A stretch of 64,000 nt of DNA from Sphingobium sp. (lineage in GTDB: Bacteria > Pseudomonadota > Alphaproteobacteria > Sphingomonadales > Sphingomonadaceae): NCBI GenBank assembly GCA_003248935.1, contig QFQF01000009.1, positions 12,465 through 76,464 on the forward strand, in the 5' to 3' direction. Of this stretch, positions 40,578-50,690 are shown in pieces. Both the position numbers and the translations under genes were made by a program. Position 1 is the first letter of the stretch. Each line of letters opens with the position of its first letter. The notes beneath the pieces are model-generated. The model had not been told where the DNA came from, made no database searches, and worked only from the letters and a program-made list of their open reading frames with translations.

Positions 40578-40593
40578 ATGTAAACGATAACAT
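40578..40593. promoter_or_regulatory. LacI-family-like operator
   Basis: ATGTAAACGATAACAT, an imperfect palindrome with central CG, 50 bp upstream of the isomerase gene. Confidence 0.5.
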
Positions 40594-40720
40594 TTTAAGC
40601 TGCAAATAAATGTTGATGCCTGTCGCGCAGGCCTACACAGTCGCGGCCGATGTTGCAGGTCCGCCGCCCGATCATTCCGCCTTGCGCCCCGGCCATCGTC
40701 CTGTTCGGCCATTGCGTGTC

Positions 40721-41467
40721 ATGACGCTTTCCTCCGCCGTCATCGTCCTCGCCGCGCTCCTGACCTCCATCCTGTCGGGCATATTCGGGATGGCAGGCGG
40801 TTTCATCCTGATGGGCGTGCTGGCGGCAATGCTACCCGCGACGACGACGCTCGCCCTGCACGGGGTCATACAGTTTGCCTCCAATCTCTGGCGCCTGCTG
40901 CTGCACCGGATGCACGTCGTCTGGCATGTCCTCATCCATTTCGGGCTTGGCGCGGGCGCGGCGATGGGCCTGTTCGCGCTTGTCGCCTTCACCCCGACCA
41001 AATGGCTGCTGTTCCTCATCCTCGGTATCACGCCGGTACTGGTATGGCTGCCCGAACGCTGGCTACGCCTTGATGCGCTCAACCCGCTGCATGCGCTCGC
41101 CGGCGGGTTCGCATCGACCGGACTGTCGCTGGTGTCGGGCGTATCGGGGCCGCTGACCGACCTGCTGTTCGTCAACACGAACATGACCCGGCACAGCGTG
41201 GTCGCGACGAAGGCGGCCATGCAGGCCATCGGCCACGCCTCCAAAATTCTCGTCTACGGCGCCGTCCTGCTCAGCGCGCCGTCACGCGCCGCCGTACCGC
41301 TTCCCACCGCGGCCGCCGCAGTTGCCGTGTCGATGGCGGGCATCGTCATCGGCGGCAGGATACTTGATCGCATCAGCGACCTGCACTTCAAGCGCGCGCG
41401 GCGATGGATCGTGACAGCCATCGGCCTGACCTTCCTGGTGCAGGCAGCCGCCCTCGCATTCGGATGA
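40721..41467 (+). CDS. TauE/SafE-family membrane protein
   Basis: SGIFGMAGG and SGVSGP motifs; about 8 TM helices. Confidence 0.75.
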   Translation: MTLSSAVIVLAALLTSILSGIFGMAGGFILMGVLAAMLPATTTLALHGVIQFASNLWRLLLHRMHVVWHVLIHFGLGAGAAMGLFALVAFTPTKWLLFLILGITPVLVWLPERWLRLDALNPLHALAGGFASTGLSLVSGVSGPLTDLLFVNTNMTRHSVVATKAAMQAIGHASKILVYGAVLLSAPSRAAVPLPTAAAAVAVSMAGIVIGGRILDRISDLHFKRARRWIVTAIGLTFLVQAAALAFG

Positions 41468-41616
41468 CGGGATTGGGAGATGGCGCTAAAGCTGTAGACG
41501 CAAGCCACAGCGGCTTATTTCTCCTTCTCATAAACGGTTGACGACAATGCGTTGGTGCACCGCCTTCCGCCACCCTAGCTCAGGCGTATATCCCTGCTGC
41601 AACGGAAGGCATCACC

Positions 41617-42954
41617 ATGGCCCGCTCCCCCCACCTCAAGCTCGGCTTCATCCTGCACGGCGTCGGCCGCACCTGGCATGACTGGCGCCACCCCGACCGC
41701 GACGTCAACGCCAGCACCAGCCTCACCCGCTATCAGGAGCAGGCGGCGATCGCAGAGAAGGGCAAGTTCGATTTCCTGTTCGTGGCCGACAGCCTGTCGA
41801 TCACCGAGCGGTCGAGCCCGCATTATCTGAACCGTTTCGAGCCGATCACCATATTGTCGGCCCTCGCCGCGACGACCAGCCGCATCGGCCTGGTCGGTAC
41901 GCTGACGGTCAGCTATTCCGAGCCCTTCAATGTTGCCCGCCAGTTCGCGTCGCTCGACCATCTGAGCGGCGGACGTGCGGGCTGGAACATCGTGACCTCC
42001 TGGCTTGGCGATACCGCCGCCAACTTCAGCAAGGACGAACATCCGCCGCACGCGGTCCGTTACCGGATCGCGGCCGAATATCTGGATGTGGTCCAGGGCC
42101 TGTGGGATAGCTGGGAGGACGGGGCGCACGTTGCCGACAAGGCCACCGGTCAGTTCGTCGATCCCGATCGGCTGCACCGCCTAGACCATAAGGGCGAGTT
42201 CTTCAACGTGAGGGGGCCGCTTAATATCAAGCGCACGCCGCAGGGCCAGCCCGTCATTTTCCAGGCGGGGGCGTCGGAAGACGGGCGCAACTTCGCCGCG
42301 CGCCGGGCGGAGGTGATCTTCACCCACGCCGAAAGCGAGGAACAGGGCCGCACCTATTATGCGGACGTGAAGGCGCGCGCGAAGGGTTTCGGCCGCGATC
42401 CCGATGCCCTGTTCATCCTGCCGGGTATCGCGCCGATCGTGGGGGATACCGACGAAGACGCAGAGTTGCGCTATCGTGAGCTGGCGTCGCTGGAATCGAT
42501 CGACACCGGCCTCGGCTTCCTGTCGCGGACATTCAACGACCATGATTTTCGCCAATACGACCTCGACGCACCGTTCCCCGATGTCGCCCGTTTCGGCTTC
42601 AACAGTCAGCAGAGCGGCGCGCTGCGGATACTGGCGGAGGTCGAAGCGGAAGGGTTGACCCTCCGTCAGGTCGCGGAACGGCTGGCGACGCCGCGCGGCG
42701 TGTTCGTCGGATCGGCGCGGACCGTCGCCGATCGCCTGCAACAGTGGTTCGAGAGTGGCGCCGCCGACGGCTTCGTCCTGTTCGAGCCGCTGCCCGGACA
42801 ACTGGCGCTGTTCGTCGAGCAGGTGATCCCGATCCTCCAGGAACGCGGCCCGTTCCGCGCAGAATATGAAGGCGCGACATTCCGGGAGCATCTCGGCCTG
42901 TCCGTGCCGGACAATCGCTACACCGTCAGGGCGGAGGAGCGGTCCGCCGCCTGA
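41617..42954 (+). CDS. Luciferase-like FMN-dependent monooxygenase (NtaA/SnaA/DszA family)
   Basis: FDFLFVAD, ARQFASLDHLSGGRAGWNIVTS, PVIFQAGAS. Confidence 0.9.
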   Translation: MARSPHLKLGFILHGVGRTWHDWRHPDRDVNASTSLTRYQEQAAIAEKGKFDFLFVADSLSITERSSPHYLNRFEPITILSALAATTSRIGLVGTLTVSYSEPFNVARQFASLDHLSGGRAGWNIVTSWLGDTAANFSKDEHPPHAVRYRIAAEYLDVVQGLWDSWEDGAHVADKATGQFVDPDRLHRLDHKGEFFNVRGPLNIKRTPQGQPVIFQAGASEDGRNFAARRAEVIFTHAESEEQGRTYYADVKARAKGFGRDPDALFILPGIAPIVGDTDEDAELRYRELASLESIDTGLGFLSRTFNDHDFRQYDLDAPFPDVARFGFNSQQSGALRILAEVEAEGLTLRQVAERLATPRGVFVGSARTVADRLQQWFESGAADGFVLFEPLPGQLALFVEQVIPILQERGPFRAEYEGATFREHLGLSVPDNRYTVRAEERSAA

Positions 42955-43113
42955 ACCCTTGCGATTGTCAGGGGAGGCACGGCCAACTAGACATGGCTGA
43001 TGGCATGCGATCCGCGTGCCGGGAGTGGCCATGGCAGTTGACGACCGTACATCCCGCCGCGCCTGCCGCAGTCTCGTCGGCCTGCATCTGGCGCGCCTTG
43101 CGGGCCGCATCGC

Positions 43114-44682
43114 ATGACGCTCGAAGCGCAGGCGCGCGCCGCGCTCAGCCGCGGTGATCTGCCTGCCGCCGCCGCCGCCGCGAAGGCGCTTGCCCTCGAC
43201 AGTCCGGACCAGTCGGTCGGCTTCTTCCTGCTCGGCATGGCGGCCGCGGAAGCGGGCCAGGTCGCGAAGGCCGTGCCGTTGATCCAGGCGGCGGTGGAGC
43301 GTGGACCGCAGGCCGAACATCTGGCGCAACTGGCGCGGTTGCTGATCCTGCTGCGGCGGGACGGCGAGGCGGCCGATGCGGCGCGCGCGGCGATGGCGAT
43401 GGCGCCTGCCGACGCGCTGACGCTCGACACCATCGGCTGCGTGCTGGCCCGGCTGGGCGATCATGAGGCGTCGGTCGCACCATTTGCGGCGGCGGTCGCG
43501 GTGGAACCGGACAACCTCTCCTACCGCTACAATCTGGCGGCGGCGAGCGGCTTCACCGGGCGGGTAGACGAGGCACGCGCGCATTACGAGACAATCCTGA
43601 CCGCCGAACCCGGCGACGCGCGCGTGCATTATGCTCTGGCGATCCTGTCCCGCCAGACCGCACAGACCAATCATGTCCCCCGGCTGGAAGCGGCACTGGC
43701 GAACGCGCAGCGACCGGAGGATGCGCTGCGCATCCGCTATGCACTGGCGAAGGAACTGGAGGATGTCGGCCATGCCAGCGACGCCTTCCGTCACCTCGCC
43801 GCTGCCAATGCCGCGCACAAGCAGACCATACGCTATGACTTCGCACAGGATGTCGCGATCTTCGACGCGATCGAGGCGCTATTCGGCAAGTCCCGGAGCG
43901 CGCTTGCGACCGGGAGCGGCAATCCGGACGTCGCACCGATCTTCGTGATCGGCATGCCGCGCACCGGCACGACACTGGTCGACCGCATCCTCTCGTCCCA
44001 CCCCGACGTCGGGTCGGCGGGAGAACTTCAGGCAATGCCGCTCGCGGTCAAGCAGACGGCGGGCACGCGATCGCGCACCGTTATCGATCCGGAAACGGTA
44101 ACCGCGAGCGGGGATGTCGCCCCTGCCGCAATCGGCGACGCCTATCTCGCGCGCGCCGCTCACCACCGGCCGACGGGCAAGGCGCGGTTCACGGACAAGC
44201 TGCCGGCCAACTTCCTCTATGTCGGCCACATCCTGCGCGCATTGCCCAATGCCCGGATCGTCTGCCTGCGCCGCAATCCGATGGATACGATCTGGAGCAA
44301 CTACAAGAACCTGTTCGCCAGCCAGTCGGCCTATTACGCCTATTCCTACGACCTGATGGACACCGCGCGTTACTATGCGCGCTTCGACCGGCTGATGGCA
44401 TTGTGGGACAGCCTCTTTCCAGGACGCGTGCTGCAGTTGTCCTACGAGGCGCTGGTCGCCGATCAGGAAGGGGAAACCCGCCGCCTGCTCGCCCATTGCG
44501 ACCTTGGCTGGGATGATGCCTGCCTGTCATTCCATGAGAACCGGGCGGCCGTCGCGACGCCGAGCGCGGCACAGGTGCGGCGGCCAATCAATGCCGATGC
44601 CGTGGAAAGATGGCGGTCCTACGCCGACGCCCTGGAACCTGCGCGTGCCTGGCTGGAGACGCAGGGCATCGGCGTCGAATAA
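43114..44682 (+). CDS. TPR-repeat sulfotransferase
   Basis: TPR helices; FVIGMPRTGTTLVDR, TDKLPAN, TPSAAQVRRPI. Confidence 0.88.
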   Translation: MTLEAQARAALSRGDLPAAAAAAKALALDSPDQSVGFFLLGMAAAEAGQVAKAVPLIQAAVERGPQAEHLAQLARLLILLRRDGEAADAARAAMAMAPADALTLDTIGCVLARLGDHEASVAPFAAAVAVEPDNLSYRYNLAAASGFTGRVDEARAHYETILTAEPGDARVHYALAILSRQTAQTNHVPRLEAALANAQRPEDALRIRYALAKELEDVGHASDAFRHLAAANAAHKQTIRYDFAQDVAIFDAIEALFGKSRSALATGSGNPDVAPIFVIGMPRTGTTLVDRILSSHPDVGSAGELQAMPLAVKQTAGTRSRTVIDPETVTASGDVAPAAIGDAYLARAAHHRPTGKARFTDKLPANFLYVGHILRALPNARIVCLRRNPMDTIWSNYKNLFASQSAYYAYSYDLMDTARYYARFDRLMALWDSLFPGRVLQLSYEALVADQEGETRRLLAHCDLGWDDACLSFHENRAAVATPSAAQVRRPINADAVERWRSYADALEPARAWLETQGIGVE

Positions 44683-44800
44683 GCGGATTTCCGCCACTCG
44701 GACGGGGTGGGGCGCAGCAATGGAGCAGGGGGCTCCCCGTCTCCGGAAAGCCCCCAGCCCGCCCTCGTAATCGGTGATCGCGCCGACTGGCCGCGATCGA

Positions 44801-47221
44801 TCAGTATTTGACGCGTGCCTCGATGCCGAAGGTGCGCGGATTTGCCAAGGTGTGGTTGTAGTAGCGCACCGCAACCCCATCGTTGACACCGATACGTGAA
44901 CGGTCGTTGCTGACCGAGACTACCGTATATTTGTCGAAGATATTGTTTGCGAACAGACCGATGCTGTACTGATCCGCCTCGTAGGTCAAAGACGCACGAT
45001 GCAGGACATAGCTGGGGATCTTTTCGCCATAGGCGCGGTCCCAGCCCAGTCGGGAAACGACATTCCCGCGATAGGTTGCCGTCCAGTTGCCGATAAGAGA
45101 CCCATCCATGAACGGCATGGTGTAGGTCGCCCCAAGGCTGCCGGAGTTCTTCGCCGACCCCGGCAAGCGATCCCCGTCGAGTGCGTCGAGTTGCGTAAAT
45201 TTCGGCCGCACATCGTAATTATTCGGCACCGTGCGAATACTGACAATATTCGGCACATCCTCGGTCAGCTTAGCATCGGTGTACGAATAGCTGCCTTGGA
45301 TCGTCAGTGCCGGGATCGGCCGGAACTGGAATGAGGTCTCAAAGCCTTGAGACTTGGCTGAACCGCCGTTCACAGTAATGCCGGTAACGCCATAAAAAGT
45401 AGCGGAAGCGACCTGAATGCCCTGCCATTTGATATGGTAGACGTCGAAGTTGAACGTCAACTTCTGGTCGAGCAGCATTGCTCGAATACCGATTTCCGCA
45501 TTCTTCGTCGTATCCGGCCCATACTGCATCTCGTTCGGCAGGGCGCAAGCGTTCTGCTGATCGGCGGGTACGGGGTCAGGACAAGGCGCGACACGATTGG
45601 GACCACCGAGACGATAGCCCTTGCTGTAGGTCACATAAGCCATGAAGTCCGGCGTGAAATTGTAGGATGTGTTAAGCTTCCACACCCAGCCGTCCTTCTT
45701 GGCTTTGCCGCCAGACGGAGTGAGATCGTAAGGGCTGAAGGGATCACCGAGCAGCGGCAATACCAGCGCGCCCTGAACATTAGAGGTATATTTGAAATAG
45801 CGTGCGCCACCGGTAACCTGCCATTGCGGCGTCACCTTGAAAGTACCCTCACCGAAGATGGCCTTCTCTGTCACCTTCGATTTTGTGAAGCTCACATATT
45901 CAAGTTCCTCGGGATTGTCGGTGATTTCGTAGAATCCCGTAAGGCCAGGCACGTGCTCGGCATAATCGCTGTGATATTTCTGCTCATTGTAGAAGCCGCC
46001 GAGCACCCAGTTGAACGGGCCGCCATGGGTCGAGACAAGGCGGACTTCCTGATTGAACTGCTTGCGACGGATATCGCTTTCGCTCCAACTCGAAAAGGCC
46101 GGGAACAGTTCATAGTCATAATCGAGATCAAGAAGGAGGTCTGTATTGTCGCCCTTCGTCCGACTTCTGAACTTGGTGTATGCAGTAGTCGACACAATGT
46201 CCGCAATGCCATCTATACTCGCGTTTATCTCCATGCTCAACAGGTGAGCATGGCGATTTGTCGGTTCGACATAACGACTGGCATTCTGATATTTCCCTGT
46301 GCCCATTACGCCTGAACTATTGGACTGAGAGCCATCGGTCTTGGTCTGCTGGTAGGCATAAGTGAAATTGACACCCAAATCCGGCGTCAGTTGGAACAGC
46401 AATTGGTTACGGGTCGTGAAGGTCTTCTCGAAATTAAGATCTTTGCGACCTTTGAGATTGGCCGCATAGTCAGCGTCAGAAACGCCGTCGGTTCCGCCCG
46501 GCTGCGGCAGCGACACACCCGGCTCCTGGAGCAGCAACGTGTAGTCGATAAAACCGGGGTCGTAATAATAGCCGGTGGTCGAACGGAATGCGACGTAGTC
46601 CTTCACCAGGGGGACGTTGATTACACCGTCCACCTGATAGCCGGGTTTGCCACTGTGGCTCTTGCCGTAAAAGCGACCGTGTATCTCGCCCTCGTAATCC
46701 GTCAGGTCAGGACGGTTGGGAATGTAACGAATCGCACCCGCCAGGGTACCCAGACCGTATAGGGTTCCCTGCGGGCCGAGGAGCGTCTCGACGCGCGCGA
46801 TGTCGAGCAACTTGAAATCGTAATAAAGTGGCACTTCGCCCAGATAGATGCCCATCGCACTGTCATAGCTGCTGCCGCTGTCATTTACGTCCGAAGCGCT
46901 AAGGCCACGCAACACGATCGCACCGGCCGATCGTGGTCCCGTGTCGGAAATCGTCATGCCCGGCGTGAAATCCGCCAGATCCCGCACGTCATCGATCCGC
47001 TGGCGCGCCAATTCCTCGGCACTTACCGCCGAGATATTGATCGGCGTTTCCATGATCGTCGTGCTGCGGCGCGTGCCGGTGACGACGATGAAACCGTCGT
47101 TGGCGCCTGCCTCCTGGGCTTCCTGGGCCTCCTGCGCCATGGCCGGCATCGCGAGCGCCGTGCTGGTGAATATGGTCGCGGACAGCAGCCCCAACCTCAG
47201 TTTCGCGCGGTATGACATCAT
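44801..47221 (-). CDS. TonB-dependent receptor
   Basis: Signal peptide, FIVVTG TonB box, RVETLLGPQGTLYG, C-terminal PRTFGIEARVKY. Confidence 0.92.
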   Translation of the reverse strand: MMSYRAKLRLGLLSATIFTSTALAMPAMAQEAQEAQEAGANDGFIVVTGTRRSTTIMETPINISAVSAEELARQRIDDVRDLADFTPGMTISDTGPRSAGAIVLRGLSASDVNDSGSSYDSAMGIYLGEVPLYYDFKLLDIARVETLLGPQGTLYGLGTLAGAIRYIPNRPDLTDYEGEIHGRFYGKSHSGKPGYQVDGVINVPLVKDYVAFRSTTGYYYDPGFIDYTLLLQEPGVSLPQPGGTDGVSDADYAANLKGRKDLNFEKTFTTRNQLLFQLTPDLGVNFTYAYQQTKTDGSQSNSSGVMGTGKYQNASRYVEPTNRHAHLLSMEINASIDGIADIVSTTAYTKFRSRTKGDNTDLLLDLDYDYELFPAFSSWSESDIRRKQFNQEVRLVSTHGGPFNWVLGGFYNEQKYHSDYAEHVPGLTGFYEITDNPEELEYVSFTKSKVTEKAIFGEGTFKVTPQWQVTGGARYFKYTSNVQGALVLPLLGDPFSPYDLTPSGGKAKKDGWVWKLNTSYNFTPDFMAYVTYSKGYRLGGPNRVAPCPDPVPADQQNACALPNEMQYGPDTTKNAEIGIRAMLLDQKLTFNFDVYHIKWQGIQVASATFYGVTGITVNGGSAKSQGFETSFQFRPIPALTIQGSYSYTDAKLTEDVPNIVSIRTVPNNYDVRPKFTQLDALDGDRLPGSAKNSGSLGATYTMPFMDGSLIGNWTATYRGNVVSRLGWDRAYGEKIPSYVLHRASLTYEADQYSIGLFANNIFDKYTVVSVSNDRSRIGVNDGVAVRYYNHTLANPRTFGIEARVKY

Positions 47222-47411
47222 GCTTCCCCTTTTTATGGTACAACACTCCCGTGCCCTGACGCCCATGCGCCAGAGCCTGTTCGGCTCTTCATTCGAGGAT
47301 CTCGCGCGGTGCGCCGGCTACCGGTTTCCGGTCTGGCCCGATGCACCTGCCGCCCGACGTTTCAAATCCGTCATGTGCGGCCGATCCGATATGCCCCCCT
47401 GCCCGTCCGGG

Positions 47412-48425
47412 TCAGCCTGTCGCCGCTGATGCACCTGCGGCACGCTTGGCCCTGAACCTGTCTATCATCGGCTGGAACGGAAACAGGAACTGCTCCCGGA
47501 TCGACAGCCGCTTGCGATCGTCCTGCCCGACCAATGCCGATTCACCCTCGCGGTAGGTGCCGAACACGCGATCGATCAGGATCAGCGAATTGGCGTAGTT
47601 GCAGCGGGTATCGTCATAACCGACCGAATGGTGGAGGCTGTGGTGGCGGATCGTCGTGAAGAAAAAGGAGTAGAAGAGCGGCGGGTTCGACCGCACATTG
47701 GCGTGCGCATAGGTCGACACCACGCCCAGCACGTTGAAGGCGCAGAACGTGGCCGCCTGATCGAAATCGAACAAGGCGACGACACTCAGGCTGATAAGGA
47801 ACAGTTCGATCGGATTACCGACCGCCCCCTTCATGGCGTTCAACTGCGTGATGTGATGGTGCGGCGCGTGGGTCAGCCAGAACGGGTGGCAGTTGTGCAT
47901 CAGCCGGTGCATCCAGTACTGCCCGAACTCGATCAGGAAGACCACCATCGCGACCTGCACGACGAATGGCAGATGCGTCACCCATGGCGTGCTGATACCG
48001 AGCCACGCCTTGAGCGCCGTCAGCGGCTCCTCGGCGAAGGTGCTCGTCACCCAGGCGATCGCCGTATAGCCGAGCAATACGTAGAAGAGATCGGTCGCGA
48101 ATTCGCGCCTGTCCATGCGCCAGCCGGCATGCCGTTCCAGAACCAGTTCCAGCGCCAGCACGAACGCCGTCGTCAGACTGCCGGCAATCAGGATCGACCA
48201 TGGCTGCTTGATCCACGCTTCGGGACCAAAGGCCCAGAACAGCACCACAGCAAGGACGGTCAACGGCGGGAGCAGGTCGATCGCGAGCGTCTTGATACCA
48301 GTCGCGTTCTGACCGTCGGCGGAAGTATCGCAGGAGAGAGCAGATACCCCGTCGGAACGAACGCCATCGGCGATCGACTGAACGTCGCCTGATGATGCAG
48401 CACTAGGGGCCGGCCGTTGATCCAC
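47412..48425 (-). CDS. Sterol desaturase / fatty acid hydroxylase-family di-iron membrane enzyme
   Basis: His boxes YWMHRLMH, THAPHH, RHHSLHH, DRVFGT; AGGGGAG RBS before GTG 48425. Confidence 0.85.
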   Translation of the reverse strand: MDQRPAPSAASSGDVQSIADGVRSDGVSALSCDTSADGQNATGIKTLAIDLLPPLTVLAVVLFWAFGPEAWIKQPWSILIAGSLTTAFVLALELVLERHAGWRMDRREFATDLFYVLLGYTAIAWVTSTFAEEPLTALKAWLGISTPWVTHLPFVVQVAMVVFLIEFGQYWMHRLMHNCHPFWLTHAPHHHITQLNAMKGAVGNPIELFLISLSVVALFDFDQAATFCAFNVLGVVSTYAHANVRSNPPLFYSFFFTTIRHHSLHHSVGYDDTRCNYANSLILIDRVFGTYREGESALVGQDDRKRLSIREQFLFPFQPMIDRFRAKRAAGASAATG

Positions 48426-48516
48426 AGAAAATCTCCCCTGCCGGATCGGACACCGACCCGGCGTTTCAGATTTCTCTCTCCTGCAAACCTCGCTCTCACC
48501 GGCGATATGCACACGG

Positions 48517-48553
48517 TATTGATATTACCTAATGCGTCAAGAGTATTATTCAT
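48517..48553. promoter_or_regulatory. Operator copy B (TATTAC-N14-GTATTA) over the desaturase promoter
   Basis: tattgaTATTAC-ctaatgcgtcaaga-GTATTAttcat; minus strand reads TTGACG-N16-TACCGT. Confidence 0.75.
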
Positions 48554-48714
48554 AAGCCATTCAGCGTGAACGGCGAACCTTCTCGAGGTGCATTAATATT
48601 TCAATATATCAATTAGATGGGCCATATTCATCCGCCGATTCACCGATCCATGGCCGCTGAAACATGCGCATCCTCGGCACACTTCCCACATATCAAGGAC
48701 AGCGATTCGGCCGA

Positions 48715-49638
48715 TTATTGTTTCCCGACCGTTTCGCTCCACCAGGACAAGCTGTGCACGTCATGCGCGGTCGTCCAGATACCGGAGGGCGTGTAGCGCA
48801 GCGCGCCGCTGCCCGACGGCTTGCCCGCCCGCAATACGACCTCCGCCGCCTTCGGATCGATGACGACGAACGTCTGGTCCTCGGTCGTGCGCAGCCAGAC
48901 GTTCCCGCCACCCACATCGATGTCACCGTAGATCAACGTCTTGCCGACCTTCACGCGGGCCGTGACCGCAACCGTTGCCGGATCGACGCGCGCGACGGTG
49001 CCGTCGCCCTGCTCCTGCACCCACACGCCACCCTCACCGGCAGCAAGGAAACCCGGCTGCTTGCCGAGCGCGATCGTATGGGTCACGGCGTCGGCCTTGG
49101 GATCGATCCGCTGGAGGGTCTCGCCCTTGCCGCTGACGGCCCACAAGGCGTCGAAACCGAAGGCGAGATAGGAGGTGCCGGGCGCGACGTCGATGGACGC
49201 CGCCACCGTGTTCGTTGCCGGGTCTATCCGCGCGATCTTTCCGGTCGTTTCGCTGGGTGCCCAGATCGAACCCGCGCCCGCGACGACGTTCAGCTCGCCG
49301 CTGGGGCCGACACCGGCCGGAATGGTTGCAAGGACGCGCGCGGTCTTCGGATCGATCCGGTACACCTCGCCGCCCTTGCAGTTGGCGACCCAGAGCGAGC
49401 CGAAGGCCATCGCCATCGCGCCGCAGGGTTTGGGTACATCCACGGAGGCCTGCTTGCCCTCGGTCGACCATTGCTCGACGCGGCCCGCATTGGTGGCCCA
49501 GACCGTGTCGCCGTCGACCGCGAGGAAGTCCGCGAAACCGGGCACCGTGAACGTCAGTTCGTCCAACGCCTTGGGATCCGGCGACGCCGCCGCACAGAGC
49601 GCAGCCGCCAAAAACATCAAGCCGATCGGTCTCATCAT
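48715..49638 (-). CDS. Secreted beta-propeller protein (Vgb/YncE-like)
   Basis: Signal peptide; repeated GSLWV...RIDPxT blades. Confidence 0.75.
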   Translation of the reverse strand: MMRPIGLMFLAAALCAAASPDPKALDELTFTVPGFADFLAVDGDTVWATNAGRVEQWSTEGKQASVDVPKPCGAMAMAFGSLWVANCKGGEVYRIDPKTARVLATIPAGVGPSGELNVVAGAGSIWAPSETTGKIARIDPATNTVAASIDVAPGTSYLAFGFDALWAVSGKGETLQRIDPKADAVTHTIALGKQPGFLAAGEGGVWVQEQGDGTVARVDPATVAVTARVKVGKTLIYGDIDVGGGNVWLRTTEDQTFVVIDPKAAEVVLRAGKPSGSGALRYTPSGIWTTAHDVHSLSWWSETVGKQ

Positions 49639-49671
49639 GTGCCTGCTCCTCCTGCGCCGCGTCGTGGTGCC

Positions 49672-50673
49672 TCAGTTGTAACGATAGGGGTTCCTGTCGA
49701 TCGTCGTCGTCCCGCGCGTCTGGTTGCACAGGAAAACCGTGCCGGTGAAATAGATACCGGGCTCCGTGATGGTCTGCGCGTGGGCATAGGCCTCCCGCAA
49801 TTGCTGCACCGTCATCTCCACGGGCGCCTCGTCCGGTTGCCAGGTCATGCCATAGGCATAGTCCTGCCCGTCCTTGCTGATTTCCACATGGCAGCCCATG
49901 ACGTGCGTCACCGGATGCGTGTCACAGAATGCGATCAGCCGCTTCATGCTGTCGAACCACGGTTCCCAGAAGCTGATGTAGCAACGCCCGCGATAGAACA
50001 TGTCGCCGGTGTAGAGAATCTGCGTGTAGCTGTCGTAATAGGCGAATTCCGACACGACATGGCCGGGCGAGCCCCAGATCAGGATGTCGCGGCCGCCAAG
50101 GTCGAGCGTCACCCGCTGTTCCGGGAAGTTGGTCATGCCCCAGAAGCCGACCATCTCCTCATGGGTCTGGCCCATATAGCGGGTATTGGGGCGATCGGCG
50201 AACTGGTTGACGGCCATGTAATGGTCGCCGTGCAGGTGGCTGAAGGCAACCAGCAATTCCATGCTGGCGGGATCGCGCCCGTTACGCGCGCACCAGTCGT
50301 TGATGCATCCGTCGACGACACCGCGCAGGTCCCATTCGTTGCGCAGCTGCGTGAACCCCTCGTCCAGCAGCAACACGCGATCATTGCCGAAATAGAGCGG
50401 CGCGAAAGGAGCCTCGTAACTGTAGGCCTTGTTCTGGCGCAGGATCGCGGTGTGGGGATTGTACCAGTGGACCTGCACCGGCGGGTCGGTGTTGTCCATG
50501 CAGGAGGACGATCCGCAGATCCATTTGTCGGGAAAACCGCCCTTCGCCGGGAGGTTGTTCTTGAAGTCGATCGGTGCAGGGCGGGCCGCGGCCGACGCCG
50601 CCTGAGCGAGGCCGGGCAGCACGGCGCCGACGGCCATCGTGGCGTTGGCGGTCAGAAAGGTGCGACGATCCAT
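49672..50673 (-). CDS. Tat-exported metallo-beta-lactamase-fold hydrolase
   Basis: MDRRTFL Tat motif; SHLHGDH, PGH, TGD, GCH metal ligands. Confidence 0.88.
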   Translation of the reverse strand: MDRRTFLTANATMAVGAVLPGLAQAASAAARPAPIDFKNNLPAKGGFPDKWICGSSSCMDNTDPPVQVHWYNPHTAILRQNKAYSYEAPFAPLYFGNDRVLLLDEGFTQLRNEWDLRGVVDGCINDWCARNGRDPASMELLVAFSHLHGDHYMAVNQFADRPNTRYMGQTHEEMVGFWGMTNFPEQRVTLDLGGRDILIWGSPGHVVSEFAYYDSYTQILYTGDMFYRGRCYISFWEPWFDSMKRLIAFCDTHPVTHVMGCHVEISKDGQDYAYGMTWQPDEAPVEMTVQQLREAYAHAQTITEPGIYFTGTVFLCNQTRGTTTIDRNPYRYN

Positions 50674-50690
50674 GATGACCTCCAGTAACG

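Noticed and set aside
47105..47137. QEAQEAQEA 9-bp tandem repeat in the TonB receptor N-terminus
   Set aside because: In-frame, imperfect, low-complexity linker after the signal peptide; no sign of function
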